A DNA stretch of 64,000 bases from Chara braunii (Eukaryota > Plantae > Charophyceae): NCBI GenBank assembly GCA_003427395.1, contig BFEA01000021.1:5186108-5250107 (forward strand). The letters are read 5' to 3'. Below are positions 1-13,748 of this stretch, piece by piece. Made by a program: the position numbers and the translations under genes. Each line of letters begins with the position of its first letter. The first letter of the stretch is position 1. The notes below the pieces were generated by a model, which saw only the letters and a program-made list of their open reading frames with translations, had not been told where the DNA came from and ran no database searches.

Positions 1-20
1 GTGGAAAAGGCGGAGAGATC

Positions 21-362
21 CCAATGGGGGTATCAGAAATCCTTCCCCTCTCCTTCTGAATCTACTGGCCTCTTGGAAACCTTACGCCCCCTACGTGGCT
101 TTCGATAGTTCACAGATGGTGAAATTGCTCATGTTTCTGTCCCGTCATTGAGCAACGGGACAGAAACATGAGCANACGTGGCTTTCGATAGTTCACAGAT
201 GGTGAAATTGCTCATGTTTCTGTCCCGTCATTGAGCAACGGGACAGAAACATGAGCATTTTCACCATCTGCGAACTATCGAAAGCCACGTAGGGGGCGTA
301 AGGCTTCCAAGAAGCCAGTAGATACCGAAGGAGAGGGAACGCCTTTCTGATACCCCAATTGG
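21..362. repeat. Long inverted repeat (hairpin MITE-like)
   Basis: 21-145 is the imperfect reverse complement of about 238-362; internal duplication around the N at 175. Confidence 0.85.
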
Positions 363-414
363 AATCATACGGGTTGGGGTCAACAATGGCAATGGCCGGA
401 CAACCTGCTTTCAA

Positions 415-1090
415 TCCTTTCTATGGCCCATCGTTGTAACAGTAGACAGGTACAGATTGAGTTCGCTGCTGGGAACATTTGCGCGAACGGGTTGTCCATG
501 GTAAGACGCTGCTTTCGACTCGCTACAGCACGCTTAAGCAATGCGACTTCAGATTGTCAGTGGTACAATCCGTGGTAAGACGCTGCTTTCGACTCACTAC
601 GGCACGCTTAAGCGATGCGACTTTTCCACTTAAGGAACTGTCCTTTCTATGGCCTATCGCTGTAAAGTAGACAGGTACAGATTGAGTTCGCTGCTGGGAA
701 CATTTGCGCGAACAGATTGTCCATGGGAAGACGCTGCTTTCGACTCGCTACAACACGCTTAAGCAATGCGACTTCAGATTGTCAGTGGTACAATTCGTGG
801 TAAGACGCTGCTTTCGACTCAATACGGCACGCTTAAGCGATGCGACTTTTCCACTTAAGGAACTGTCCTTTCTATGGCCTATTGCTGTAACAGTAGACAG
901 ATACAGCTCGAGTTCGCTGCTGAGAACATTTGGGCGGACGGATTGTCCGCGGTAAGATGCTGCTTTCGACTCACTACAGCACGCTTAAGCAATGCGACTT
1001 CGGATTGTCACCGGTACAATCCGTGGTACGACGCTGCTTTCGACTCACTACAGCACGCCTACGCAATGCGACTTTTCCACTTAGGAACTG
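415..1090 (+). repeat. Tandem repeat, 3 x 225 bp with a 71-bp internal subrepeat
   Basis: TCCTTTCTATGGCC recurs at about 415, 640 and 866; GGTAAGACGCTGCTTTCGACTC occurs twice per unit. Confidence 0.92.
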
Positions 1091-1399
1091 AAGGAAGTAT
1101 TGCAGGTAGGCATTACTGTGAAGCTAGGTCAGGTGGTCTGCACTCCTAAGGGTAGAGCTGTGTACAAGGGGCATTTGCAGTTACTCGTACAACAGCCTTG
1201 GCGGAGACGGCTACTCAATTTCGGACTGTAGACACTCTGATCCGTTGGTATCTGTGATTTCTCGGGAAAACAGACGTGGTCCTCATTGAAGGGGGTTCTA
1301 GCACGGGCTATTAAGGCGAAGGATACATAGATGTGCGACGTAGATTGGTGGTTTGTATGATGTTTGATCATCGACTCGACACTGCTATGGTGCATGGCT

Positions 1400-1860
1400 T
1401 GATTTTGAAGGTGCCAATTATAGTAGCTCGCCTGTCTCCGTGGTTGAGCTCATCAGGATACGTTTTCTTTGGACTAAGAACAGACCGGTTTTAAGTTTCC
1501 TTTGGAATTTCCATAGGTTTGTGAAAAGTGATCGATTGGATATGCAACTGTCACTTGGAGCCGGATTGGGGTAGAAATGTCATGCACATCGAAACACCGA
1601 CACCCCAATTATCTGTCCGCTATTGTACAAGCACCGCTTGTGCATAACATTTAACTGGAATCAGTCCTTCATGGCCACGACGTTGGATGAAGGGCTACTC
1701 AAATTAATGATGCGTTCAAATTTTGATGGTCTTGGCTTGCAATGATTGGGAAAATGGGATTCTGCACTCACATGTTCTTCCTGAGCACAAGGACATCTCC
1801 GGATGGCGACCTGTTTCTCCCACATGTGCTGAACCAACCAGATTGGCTAGCGGCCGAGTA
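1400..1860 (+). mobile_element. Degenerate Penelope-like RT fragment (N-terminal part)
   Basis: RNTDTPIICPLLY followed, after a frameshift, by SHVLPEHKDISGWRPVSP, resembling the PLE YxLPKxK...RPI motif. Confidence 0.55.
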
Positions 1861-1999
1861 ACCCCGCACTTAATTGTTCGCTTTTCTCGCTTCCCATTAG
1901 GCCGAGTTCAGTCTCAAGGCGGTAGGTGATTTTGTCCCTGGATTGGCAGATATAACGAAGTGCTTCACCAGATTGCATGGACTTGTTGATTTACTTTCA

Positions 2000-3500
2000 C
2001 GGTCATTCGAAATGAAGGACATGTTTGTTTCCTAGCCACACGAGGATATCATTCATGCTCTCCACTGGTTGATCGATGTCTACTCCTCGAAAGGGTGTGG
2101 GGGAGTGAAGGTGGCTAAACGAGAGAGAGACGTGGTTATGGTCCGGAGGGCCACGGGACGACTGTATCACAATCACGCTGGATGACAAGGGCCTGCTTGG
2201 CAACCAATGCCAAGCCCCAGATGCCAAAAATGCTTCCACAACCTCCGCTGCCTCTTCCCCCATCTTGCAGCCAAATCAACGAAAAGTGGAGCGCACAAGC
2301 CTATGTGGGTATCCTCTGATCACGAGTTCCCTCTTAACTGCAAGGCAGGCCTCCTGCTGACCCCATACATCGCTGGACCAGCGAAACGCCTGGTGCAGCG
2401 TGCTGAGAATAGCTCCAATCTTAGCACACTTGTCATCTCTAGGATACTTACACGAGTTTTGGTAATCCCGGGTCCTCGGCATGGTCATGGCGGCGATCGT
2501 AGAATCACACCCTTCGGCCTTTGTATTTTACTTCGTAGTTCTAGGATGATTCTGGAATTTGGCAGAGGCTCTGCAGGGCCCTTCAGGTTTCACAATGGGG
2601 CCATTTTTGTGATAACAGCCATGCTTGCCCAATTTTTGCCTCGCCCGATCTACGAAGCGGGCTGCCCCCCCTCACAGGCTGTGGAATTTCACCTATTCTG
2701 GTCTCAGGAAGACCAACTTTTGCATCAGTTCTACTGTTTGAGGCAGGTACAGGTTACATTTCCCCACGATAGGCGGATGTAAGCATCGGACACAGCGCGG
2801 TTTCCAGGACATCACAGGCGGTACTCGGCCTTCATCCGGACTCCGGATTCCATTATGAGCAGCAGCGCTATATACATCACAGCACCTGTTCACAAGGTCT
2901 CTTATACGTTCGCAGTGTGCCCGGACAGTTGGTGGGTATGGCTGTGGCACCGCTGTCGTCGCCGCAGCCGAAGCGCAGATATGGTGACAGAACGCGCACA
3001 TTCGCTATCAGTGTCACCTTCCTACCTTCATCTAGGAACTGGCATTGTCCCTTCTCCCCTCCTGAAGGCTCCGACACAGCGGAACATAGTGGTCGTGTGC
3101 TCTCTGCCCGTGTGTTGGCTTTTTTGTGTGTTGTCTGCCCTGGGTTCTTCGCTTTGTTTTGTGACGTGGGCACAGGTAATCCCTGGGGCTGCCTGTCAAG
3201 ATCAATGGCTGAACTGCACTCCGATTGGATTACAGTTGCGAGGTCTCTTAAGATAGTGACACTGATCGATCGTCGGGGTTGTTTCTTCTGTTTGATCTGT
3301 GATGTCTTTGGCCGAAGTTGTGATTCCCTGATGGATACAATGGATAGGACGGGAGTAGGATAGTATAAAGGGGCAAGGCACTGGAATGTCCCCAGGATTG
3401 CATCCATGTATTCAAACATGTTCTCGCAGGAAGGAATTCTCCTAACGAGTCTGCTTGCAGGGTAGACGAAACGCGTCGAGGTGTGGCCGCGAGGCTGGGA
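2000..3500 (-). mobile_element. Degenerate Penelope-like RT (thumb region recognisable)
   Basis: ORF 2276-2488, KIGAILSTLHQAFRWSS...AVKRELVIRGYPHRLV, resembles the PLE thumb ELxxxGYP motif. Upstream frames are broken and boundaries approximate. Confidence 0.55.
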
Positions 3501-4173
3501 TCAAGTGTCTATGCAATATTGGTTGCGTGCGTAACGGAGTGCTTGAATTGGTGTCGTTTTCTCTCCATTCTCATGCTCTAGCTGTCTTGCCGGGCAGTTT
3601 CTCTCTCTCTCTCTCTCTCTCTCTCGGATGACAGTGGTTTAAGAAGAAGATGAAGCTCAACTGGCAGCCCCTCTCAGGTTGCCCCCTACTATCTTTGGCT
3701 TTTTTTTCGAAAGAAAAGACGGTGAGACTGCAACAGGCTTGACTCAACACTGTTCTAACTTACTAGTTTCAAATCTCCAAATCTGTTGACTTCAACAAAC
3801 AAACAAACAAACAAACAAACAAACAAACAAACAGACAGACAGACAGACAGACAAAGTTCTGAGGGACACCCGCTGTTTTTTGGATGAGAGACTAGAGTCT
3901 ATCATAATTCTCTCTCTAATCGTGGATGGGCTGGCTTGTCTTTTTTTCGGGGGTTGTCGGTGACATCGCTGCACTATTTTGTCTCTCTCTTTCGATGTTT
4001 GGTTTGGTCCCTGGTCTGACTCTTCTCCTTCATTATTGTGGTGTGTCATGGAATTTGCTTATGGGTGGATCTTTATTTTCCATGCTCATGCAAGTGGCTG
4101 TTGTGCCGAACAACTTTTCTCACTTTCTCGCTCTGACTCTCAGTTTCTGCATACCCATGCATAGAATACAAGA

Positions 4174-4324
4174 TTTTTTTTTTTTTTTTTTTAATTTTAA
4201 ACAGGGCCCTATGGTCCTGGCTCCTTCTATTCTGGGGAGCGTCAGTCCGGTTCCTATTCCACCGGCAAGTCAATGTACAATACAACCATTCACTCACGCT
4301 TCCTTCCGTTCGGCCGAAGGAACT
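4174..4324 (-). mobile_element. 150-bp retroposed LINE 3' tail with 13-bp TSD
   Basis: TSD ATAGAATACAAGA at 4161-4173 and 4325-4337; poly(T) 4174-4192; body matches 55090-55230. Confidence 0.88.
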
Positions 4325-4931
4325 ATAGAATACAAGAATTAACTCAACATTAACTCAGATTCAAAATTCCAATCACGAACTTCAATCAAATGAACCACCC
4401 AAATAAGAAAAGAAAAAGAAGAAAAGAAAAAAAAACAAACCACCAAACAGAGTTCAGTCCGGTTCCTATTCCACCGGCAAGTCAATGTACAATACAACCA
4501 TTCACTCACGCTTCCTTCCGTTCGGCCGAAGGAACTATAGAATACAAGAATTAACTCAACATTAACTCAGATTCAAAATTCCAATCACGAACTTCAATCA
4601 AATGAACCACCCAAATAAGAAAAGAAAAAGAAGAAAAGAAAAAAAAACAAACCACCAAACAGAGTTCTGCATTTGTATATATAGATACAATAGATTACAA
4701 GAAGTAACAGAACACTGTCCGGACTCCAGAAAAGCACGAAACAACAATAACAAAGTCCATTCTTGACTCCGAAACCTGAAGAAATCAGCGACAAACATAA
4801 GTGAATGTGCACGGGCTCGAAAACTTCACTGTCCAAAATCTCAAAACTGTCTCACAGGTCTCCCAGAAATTTCACAGAACTGTCAGTGCTCTCTCTCTCT
4901 CTCTCTCTCTCTTTCTTCTCTGTTCTCTCTG

Positions 4932-4983
<52 letters not shown>

Positions 4984-6508
4984 ATCTCCAAGCTTTTCTC
5001 AGAACTCTTGAAAACTCAACAGAGTGACCTCTAAACACTCCCGCACTGCCTAATGAAACACAAGTACACAATGTTCCAAAGCTAAGTGTTCTAGACCGAA
5101 AAAAGAAAAAAGAAAAAAAAACTTCAAAAAAGTGCTCTAGAGCCAAACGGCCCCCTCCCTCTCTGTGTGCAGACGCACCAATCACACCTCTCCAACGTAC
5201 AGCCTGGCAGAAAATCTCATTTGGAATGCATGTTAAACCTCAGAAGAATCTTAGGGGCAGGTGCTGCTTTCCAACAAGAACGTGGTTAGTCTTACGGTCA
5301 GATTCGTGCTCCTTCAACAACGGACAAATAACTCCCGTAAACCCTGGCACCAATTCTCTAGACTCCTCAGACCTGCCCTGCAGGTCACAAAAAGCCTAGT
5401 GCCCACCCCTCCCAGCTTCAAACGAGCTCTTCCCAGGCCTGCACAACTGCATCTCCTCTGAGCTTTTCAGAGGTTCACCGTTGTATCCTCTGGACAAGAA
5501 CCTGGACATTATTAGGGCAAGGGTCCATGCTTTCCAAGCCGGCCCTTAATCCGGCCGAGGGTTTCTCTCTTACACATCCTCAGACGAACTCGCGCAGTGG
5601 TCAGCATGTGCTCCCAATGGTCAAGTGTTCGAACCTCAAAACTCGCACAGTTTGATCCAGCCACTCAAGGTATTTTCCGAAAATATTCCACCCCCCCTCA
5701 TAGGCTCCGAAAAGACCTCTCGCAGAACTCTTCATGTAATTTCCCAGGCCTCCAGTGCCCTAATTAACCAACAGCTGCACCCCGACACTGGGCCTACCCT
5801 GATGGACTGAACACCGGCAAGACAGAACAATGCAGCCAACAGTCACAGCCCAAAATGTGGACATGCTTCTTTGACCCATGATACTTTTTGAAGCTCGTCC
5901 TTCATTGAAACAGCAAGACGACCAACAAGATATCGGACTGGTACACATCGGAACCACAAACGAGACATGCTCCTAGGGAGCCTACATGGGACGGGCACAC
6001 GGGACTGGCCATGGGACAAGCACATGGAACCAGGGATAGGACTGGCGCACATAGGAACAACGAAAGACCTATTACTGCAGAGCCATCACAAGGCAAACAA
6101 ATTAGGATCACCAACTAGACCCGGGCAGCATCGGGAACCAGCAAATTCAAGCAGCCAACATCCTACTCCTGCGAAGCCATCACATGGCAAACAAAGTACG
6201 ATCAGCAACTAGACCCGGGTGGCATCGGGAACCAGCAAATACAAGCGGTCAATGTCCATGCCGAACTGCCCATGCGATAAGCACATGGAACCAGACATGG
6301 GACTGGCACACATAGAACGAGCGAAAGGCCTATGAAACAATGAGGCAAACAAATTATGATCAGCAAGGCAAATAGATTATGATCAGCAAGTAGAACCGAA
6401 CAGCATTTAGGACCGGGAAATACAAGCAGCCAACAAACAAGGGGCTAGCAGATAGAAGAAAGAAAAAGGGACCATGGGACAAGCACAAGGCCCCCGGGCC
6501 GACCCCGG

Positions 6509-6570
<62 letters not shown>

Positions 6571-9500
6571 CGGGACCATGGGACCAGCACAAGGCACCCA
6601 TTAAAAAAGAACCGCCAGAAAGGCAAATACATAGAATCAGTAGATAAGACTCGCCATGTCCATCCTCGGCACCACAAAAATGGCCCTATTGGAGACCATC
6701 AAATAGAGTCGGAACTACATGTGCGTTTAGCAAACAGAAGCAGCCAGTATGTGGGACTGGTGCAAGGTCCATACATGAGGGAAGGCAAACATACCAGGCC
6801 AGCACATCAAACTGGCCACGCCAATTTTTGGGAGCAGCACACAGACTTGGCCTACATTTCTACATTATTTGTGTATCCGTAAATGGCCAACATTTGCGTC
6901 CCGAAAGACGTAAAACGACATCAACATCTGAGAACTGCAGGGGCACACTCGTATGGGACCACCGTGAAGGCCAACACATAAAGGCACGACATGAGGCAAA
7001 CATACGGGGCCAGCACATCGAACTGGCCCCATCAATTTTTGGGAGCAGCACATAGACTTCGCCAGCATTTGCGTAACAGCAAATGACCAGCATTTGTGTC
7101 CCGACAGGCGTAAAAGGGCATCAAGATATGGGACCTGCAGGGGACACAATCGTAGAGACCAACGCGACGGCCAACACCTAGGACAACAGCCACATCACAA
7201 ACGCAAACATACACAGGGATACCAGATTGAACTGGCCGTGTCAATCTCTTTGGGAGCAGCAAGATATTGCAAACACAAAAAATGGGTACCAGCAAATGTA
7301 AAAGGGCGTCGCCGTCAACATGCAAGTCTGAGACGAACTCGCACGGGACCAACACAAAGCCAACACACATGGGCTAAGCACATAGAAGGCCAAGCCCTAC
7401 AACCAGCACATAGAACCAACACACAGGTCAACTCATGGGCCCCACAAGTGGGACCCTGACTCATGGGCCCAGAAAGTGGGACCATGAGGGGACCCAAGGC
7501 AACAAATCCCCCAGAATTCTGAATTATTCTTTCTAGGCCAAGCCTGCGAAAGTCAAAGACACAACTGAAGTTGGTGAATATAGTGGACAAAAAAACAAGA
7601 AAAAGAACAGAGCGGCTCACCGTAGCCCGATATCTGGAGCCGGTGCACTCCGCTCTTCAAGAATCCTTCTCGCTCCAGCCATCACCGGGCGACCAATCTG
7701 ATCTCTCACATGTAATGGGATTCGCATATTCTCCACTCGAAACATGAGGCCCTGACAAAAAGGATGATGACAGGGCAGAGTGCCTGCAACATGGAAGACC
7801 CCAATGCGATCATCGCATCCATCCACTTGGCGCTCTGAGAGCTCATTACAATTGATTAAATATCAAGTGATCGACCCATCTCTAGTCTATCTAAGCCTCC
7901 GCTGGTCGGCTGAACAACTGAGATCTCCCATCTCCTGGTCTTAATCAATCTCCGTGACAGACAATTTCTGCCATTTACCCTTATCGCTTGGTGACGATCG
8001 AAACCCTTATCGCTTGGTGGCGATAAGGGTAACCTGATAGGAGACATTTTCGGAGTACGTGGGGTTTGATGGATTGGCTACATATCATAAATTCCTCCCG
8101 TTTCCGGTGTTTCACAGCCGCCGACATAACACAACTCCACACTATTAAGATACAGAGAGGGTATAACCGTATAACGCCTCTCAATAACGACCTCAACCTG
8201 TCCCAGCATCAATCTACACTTCTACAGCCCACTAACCTGGTTTAAGTCTACTCAGCAAGTGCACATTAAAATGAGCCACTAACCTAGTTTTTAAATCTAC
8301 TCAGCAACTGCAACATTAAAATGAGTACACGGACAGAGACTGGGCTCTTGGCCATTGATCAAGACCTGGCCTCCTGGCCTTTTTTTTTTTTTTTTTGGAG
8401 GTCCAACTGGGGAACATGTATGTCATCCGACAGCAGATTTGCAACAAAGCTGCCTCGACTCTCATCCGACGGCAGATTTGCAACAAAGCTGCTTCGACTC
8501 TCGAGTTAAACTTTCGTAAAGGGGTAGCCATTAACCTTCGTAAACCCAACGGGCTTCGAACACCGGATCTTTCTGTCAACAGCTGCGTTGCACTGCGTAC
8601 CTGTACATGGGATCGGCATACGTACGCTCGTACATCTGGGGAACAAGTATGCACTTCCGTTACATGCACGCCATTGTACCGACTTCTTTTTTGACCATTT
8701 TGGGAGGGGGGTTTGGCTACCGGGGAGGGGGGGCACGGGCTATCGAGGCGGAGGGGGAGGGTCACGGCGCCTCGAATTAGTCCGCGTACGCGTACACCAA
8801 AGCCACAATCTTGGCCACACCCGTGCGCTCACACAGAATTATACACGCATTCGCAGGTCAACTCGCAGTTGTAGGCATGCACGGTTCAGGAGCCTGAGCC
8901 AGGTGATGCCGCCTCGAATTAGTCCGCGCAACTGGGGCAAAACAAATGGAGCCAGTGTCAGACAAAGAAAGGAGTGACATCGGACTCTAGCCTTTCGCCT
9001 GCAAGAACACAACAACTTCTGCCATGCTCTCGCGTTCCTCGATATTCGCCAAGAACTTCTGATGCGTTTCTCAGACTCAGAAACACTGACCCGATTGGAT
9101 ACGGGGCATATTCAAATCCCAATTCCTCCAAAAGCCGAGAAGCGGTAGACCCACAACCATGACACAGGCTTGCCAGGCTCTCAGGTCCATCAACATTTGT
9201 TCAAAGCGCGGCTGCTGGACGGCGGCCATTCCACTGACCATCTGATTGCACAGGTTTGGCACACGTCCAATAACCCTTTGGTTCCCCATCCCTGTGAAAG
9301 CAGAGGCTCTAGTGTATTCCAAAAAGCCGCAATCTTGGCCACGCCCGAGCGCTCACTTCACCACTACCTGCCAGGTCGAACGCTTACCCTTGCCCTTCTA
9401 GAGAAATCTCACAACTATCTCGGCCAAACCCGCGCAGTTCCGTTCCTTTCCCATGCATCATCTGTCATCTCTGCTTGCCCTCAAAATATGCTTCCACTTC

Positions 9501-10726
9501 GAGAGACCAGAGAAGATCCCAGTCTGACCTGGAATGCACAGAGCAGGTCCACACCCATGTGATCAGATCTGACAAATCTGACCATAGAATCAAATCTAAC
9601 CCGAGTGTGCAATCCCAACAGTCATATGTAAATCAAAGCTCGAACCTAAATCAACCGCATACGAACCACGACAACACAAACTGAGCCTGAAGGATCTTAT
9701 TCTCCTTCAATCTGGTTGGGTCTCGTTCAACAATGGACCCGATGTGACCTGAACAGAGTCCGAGCTGGCTTTCCAGTCCAGCAGAACCTTGTGCAATCTG
9801 TCGAAAACCAACTGCCCGAACCAGCAGAACCATCTTCTTTTCCTTTTTATTTTTTCACGACGGCTGGCAGCAGACGTGGCCTCATATGGATCCTCATTTT
9901 AGCAGTGCGCAACAGTTTGATTTCGCTGCTGATGGCACCAGGCTCGAAAGAGTCCAGCAGTATCGCTGTTCCATCTGCTGATGCTTCTGATCTGATCTGG
10001 TAAACTTTGATCCCATCTTCAACTCTTATCTGATTGAGACTCAATCCTGTATCTGGATCCGGTTCGATAAGATGTGATCTGAATTCTAATCCATTGCAGA
10101 TTTGCAATCTGGAATCACATCGGAACCGAGGATGACACCTAAGCTGAGCCTCTCCAGTTTCAAACCCAATCCGTTGATGGCGCGCCAATCCGGGAGGCTG
10201 AAACCACATGTCAGCTAGGGTGAAACCACAATGTCATGTCATTAAGCTGACCATAATCTCAAAACGCCGATTCCAGTTCATCAAACTGGAAGCCACATAC
10301 GACACCTACGCTGAGCCGCTCCAGTTTCAAACCCAATCCATTCATGGGGCTCCAGTCCAGGAGGCTGAAACCACATGTCAGTGTCATTTAGCTCACCAGA
10401 ATCTCAAAGAGCCGATTCCAGGTGATCAGACTCGAAGCCACATTGATGTCGGGCCAATCACAGAGGCCGAAACGACATATCAGCATGGACAAGAGTCTCC
10501 AGTTTCAAAACCGATGCATTGACGGTGTGCCTGTCAGAGAAGCTGAAGCCACATGTCAGCGAGGTCAAAAGCACAGTGTCAAGTCATTTAGCTGACCAGA
10601 ATCTCAAAGAGTCGATTCCAGTGGACGGAACAGGAAGTGGATCTGCAGGTGTAATGTGATTTCCCTGGGAGTATAATATATACATATATATAGTCTATAT
10701 ATCGTCACAAACAGAACTGCCCGGTA

Positions 10727-10802
10727 AAACCGTAGGGTTCAGCCTCCTGATGAGTCGGTGAAACTCCGACGAAACAGTTTGTCACAGCCCCTCGTTTGTT
10801 GT
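10727..10802 (+). ncRNA. Second hammerhead copy, 5'-truncated/rearranged, opposite orientation
   Basis: TTCAGCCTC-CTGATGA-GTCGGTGAAACTCCGAC-GAAACAGTTTGTCACAGCCCCTCG is identical to the 13.8-kb copy; the original 5' arm is replaced by AAACCGTAGGG. Confidence 0.8.
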
Positions 10803-10836
10803 GTGGTATATATATACCACATGAATATATATATAT

Positions 10837-10940
10837 CGTCAAATAGAACTGCCCGGTAAACCGTAGGCAGAGAGGGAGAAGAGGACAACAAACGAGGGGC
10901 TGTGACAAACTGTTTCGTCGGAGTTTCACCGACCCATCAT
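10837..10940 (-). mobile_element. Third copy of the hammerhead element, catalytic core mutated
   Basis: Aligns to 13689-13795, but the core reads AUGAUGG instead of CUGAUGA and stem I is absent; abuts (TA)n. Confidence 0.8.
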
Positions 10941-11150
10941 ATCAGACTCTACCTGGATTGAAAGCAGAGAGGTCTCAAAACTTGTTGGCGGATGAACAGC
11001 TCGCACAAAGGGCTTGATAAGCCAGCCTCCATTGCTCCAGTACGCATGGATGGATGCGAATGACAACAAGTCTGTGCCGCTCAGCACCGCATCTAAACCT
11101 GTGTCTGGTACAATTGGCACAACAACAACGTAACGGACAGTTGGGGGGCA

Positions 11151-11798
11151 TCATATTGATCCATATGACCTCAGAGAAGACATAATAATGTAGAAGGCCC
11201 AATGCAGGAGCCATACGATGCTTGAGATTACAGCGAACTTGCGTGGACCTCCCAGTTCTCCACCAAATACATATCGTCTACCAAGCATTAGCGCGGTGGC
11301 GCTGAATTCTGCAATACAGAATATCATAACGGAAAATCCTGTTCCTCGCGATGCAATGGGGAACTCCTGATTGAGAACTAACCTGTTGTAAATAGAGGCA
11401 ACCAACCATGGACATCCCAGGCCAACAAACACATTGATGCAGTTGCTAGCATTTATATTCGCGATGGCAGAGTCAGCAGTTACTTCATTCTGTGCAGCGA
11501 TGTAGCTCCCAATCAAGTCAGGGAGACATGTGCCAGTCGCAAGGATGGTGATGGCCAAAACGAACGGATCCATTCCCGAGGCACAGCCAAACAGATTTGC
11601 CAGGTCAATAAGCACGTACGACATTGCCATGATCCATCCCACAGCACAGGCAAATGCAATGCGCCCATGCCAAATTTCTGGTGGGGGGATGAAAGCAAAC
11701 AGAACCTTCCAGAAAAAACAGATGAAGTGAAGTATGAAGTCGGTAAATGAGGGATCTGCAGGTTCCTCTGAGTCGTCGCCACTTGTTGTTCCTTTCAC
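11151..11798 (-). CDS. MHX: Magnesium/proton exchanger, last exon (C-terminal TM half with alpha-2 repeat)
   Basis: Translates VKGTTSG...FWKVLFAFIPPPEIWHGRIAF...LAITILATGTCLPDLIGSYIAAQNEVTADSAIANINASNCINVFVGLGCPWLV...GGELGGPR...YIIMSSLRSYGSI*, typical of plant MHX/NCX. Acceptor AG at 11800-11799; 648 nt, phase 0. Confidence 0.95.
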   Translation of the reverse strand: MKGTTSGDDSEEPADPSFTDFILHFICFFWKVLFAFIPPPEIWHGRIAFACAVGWIMAMSYVLIDLANLFGCASGMDPFVLAITILATGTCLPDLIGSYIAAQNEVTADSAIANINASNCINVFVGLGCPWLVASIYNRLVLNQEFPIASRGTGFSVMIFCIAEFSATALMLGRRYVFGGELGGPRKFAVISSIVWLLHWAFYIIMSSLRSYGSI

Positions 11799-11948
11799 CT
11801 GATCATTTTCCCACACCCAACCCCCAACAACATAGAGAGGAACAGAGCCAGACGAAAGAGCATAAAAGGGAGGGAAAGGACGGCTCGTGTGTGTGTGTAT
11901 TTGAGATAGAGAGAGAGAGCGAGTAAAAGGGAGGGACAGAACAGCTGA

Positions 11949-12023
<75 letters not shown>

Positions 12024-13748
12024 AACAAACAATCGCCAAGATTACATCAGTGAATGCAACACTGTTGGCTTCTGAATGTCAGAAAAAACGGAGGACAAAC
12101 CTTGAGCAACATAAACAGGGGGAGCAGTCGGGTCCACAAAATACAATAAACATTATAAACTCGGATAAAGACAGGTAGTTTGTTTTTTTAACTTTTCTAA
12201 GAAAAATTTCCTTTGAGAACAGGTCGGTTTTGGAAATTAAATTTCTGGCAAAATCATGGAAGAGATCAGGACAAGAAAACAGTCTCATTCTTCGTTCTAG
12301 GAAACTCAATTTCTGGTAAACCGTGGAAAAACTTAGCACTAGAAAGTAGAAAATAATAAAATAGTCCAAAAAAAAAAACATCCCAAATTCAGAAAAAATT
12401 CCAAAAAAAGAAAATCAAGAAAACACAGTCTCATTGATGTCTTGAATCTTCGACATGCCATACTCCACTTCAAGAACGAAACAGGATGATGTCTTTTCTT
12501 TTCTCCACCCCGTAAAACAGGACCTTATGCCCTAGCTCCATAACCATTGTCCTAGCTCCATAGCCATTCTGGAGAGCTCCATTCCTGTACCTTTCCCGTG
12601 GAGTGTCATTCCTGTTCTTTTCCCACCGGCAAGTCCCATCCAATGTCACAATTACATTACATCACTGGTTACTCAAAATCATGGCTATTCTGTCGACTTT
12701 TCCTTTTCTTTCTTTTTTTTTTCTGTCGACTTTTCCTGTTTTACAATTGCTATATCATTTTCAATATTCAACAGTAAATTGTTAGACTACAGCTGTAAAA
12801 ATTGCTATATCACCGGCAAGTCCCATCCAATATGTCGGCTATTCATTCTTGTTTGGCTCTTCGATTGAGATCTACAGACTCTCGAAAAACTATTTTCTTC
12901 TTATTTAATATTTACCACATTGCCTACTTTATTACCTTTAATAAAGTTCAATTCTTGTTTCTCCTTCCTATTAAACTGACGACGACGCTATGACTTTGTT
13001 CATAGTATGACGCACCCATGCTTCCTTCGATGGAGGCCAAACTTCGCCGCTGAAGGACACCCGATCAGCATGGATACATCCATGGCTTCGAGGATCGACT
13101 GTCAGCTGGAAGTTTTCAATTCCTCACAGCTTTCTTACTAGTTGCCAGATATTTTTGAGACCAAGAGTTTCAGCGAGTAGTCCTTGCAAGACCCAGTTCG
13201 TGCTGCTGCTGACGCCGAAATTATCGAGGCTCTCTGCAAGGTCTGCAGTTCTGTCCCTGAGCAGCCATCACTGCATGCTTTGGAAAGAACTGGCTATGGC
13301 AAAGATAAAATCGCGACTACAAACGATAACATTGAAGTCAGCAATGGGATGTATCTTAAACCACCAGTACACCTGGGCCTGCAGGTGCCTGACTGCACGC
13401 CAAGCTTTTACAAGCCGCCAGTGGAAAGAGAACAACAAACGAAGGGCTGTGACTATATATATATATATATATTGTCACATCACTACAAACTAAAAGAGCG
13501 CACTTTGCGGAACAAAGAATAAAAGCAAAAAACGGGCACAGTGATAACATGCAAAAATAAAAATAAAAATAAAAACAAAAAGAAAAAACAAGGGCAGATT
13601 GAAACCATTAAATTTCTCATTCTTCTTTGAACTCCACCTCCACTGTGCCTCTCACGTGCAAGGCTCGCCACGTATATAATATTATATATCGTCACAAACA
13701 GAACTGCCCAGTAAACCGTAGGCAGAGAGAGAGAAGAGGACAACAAAC

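Noticed and set aside
415-1090. Repeat-spacer appearance
   Set aside because: The spacers are themselves repeated; simple higher-order tandem repeat.
7620-7950. DIRS-like RNase H remnant (HVAG...EW)
   Set aside because: Needs several frameshifts; the motif is too weak to call.
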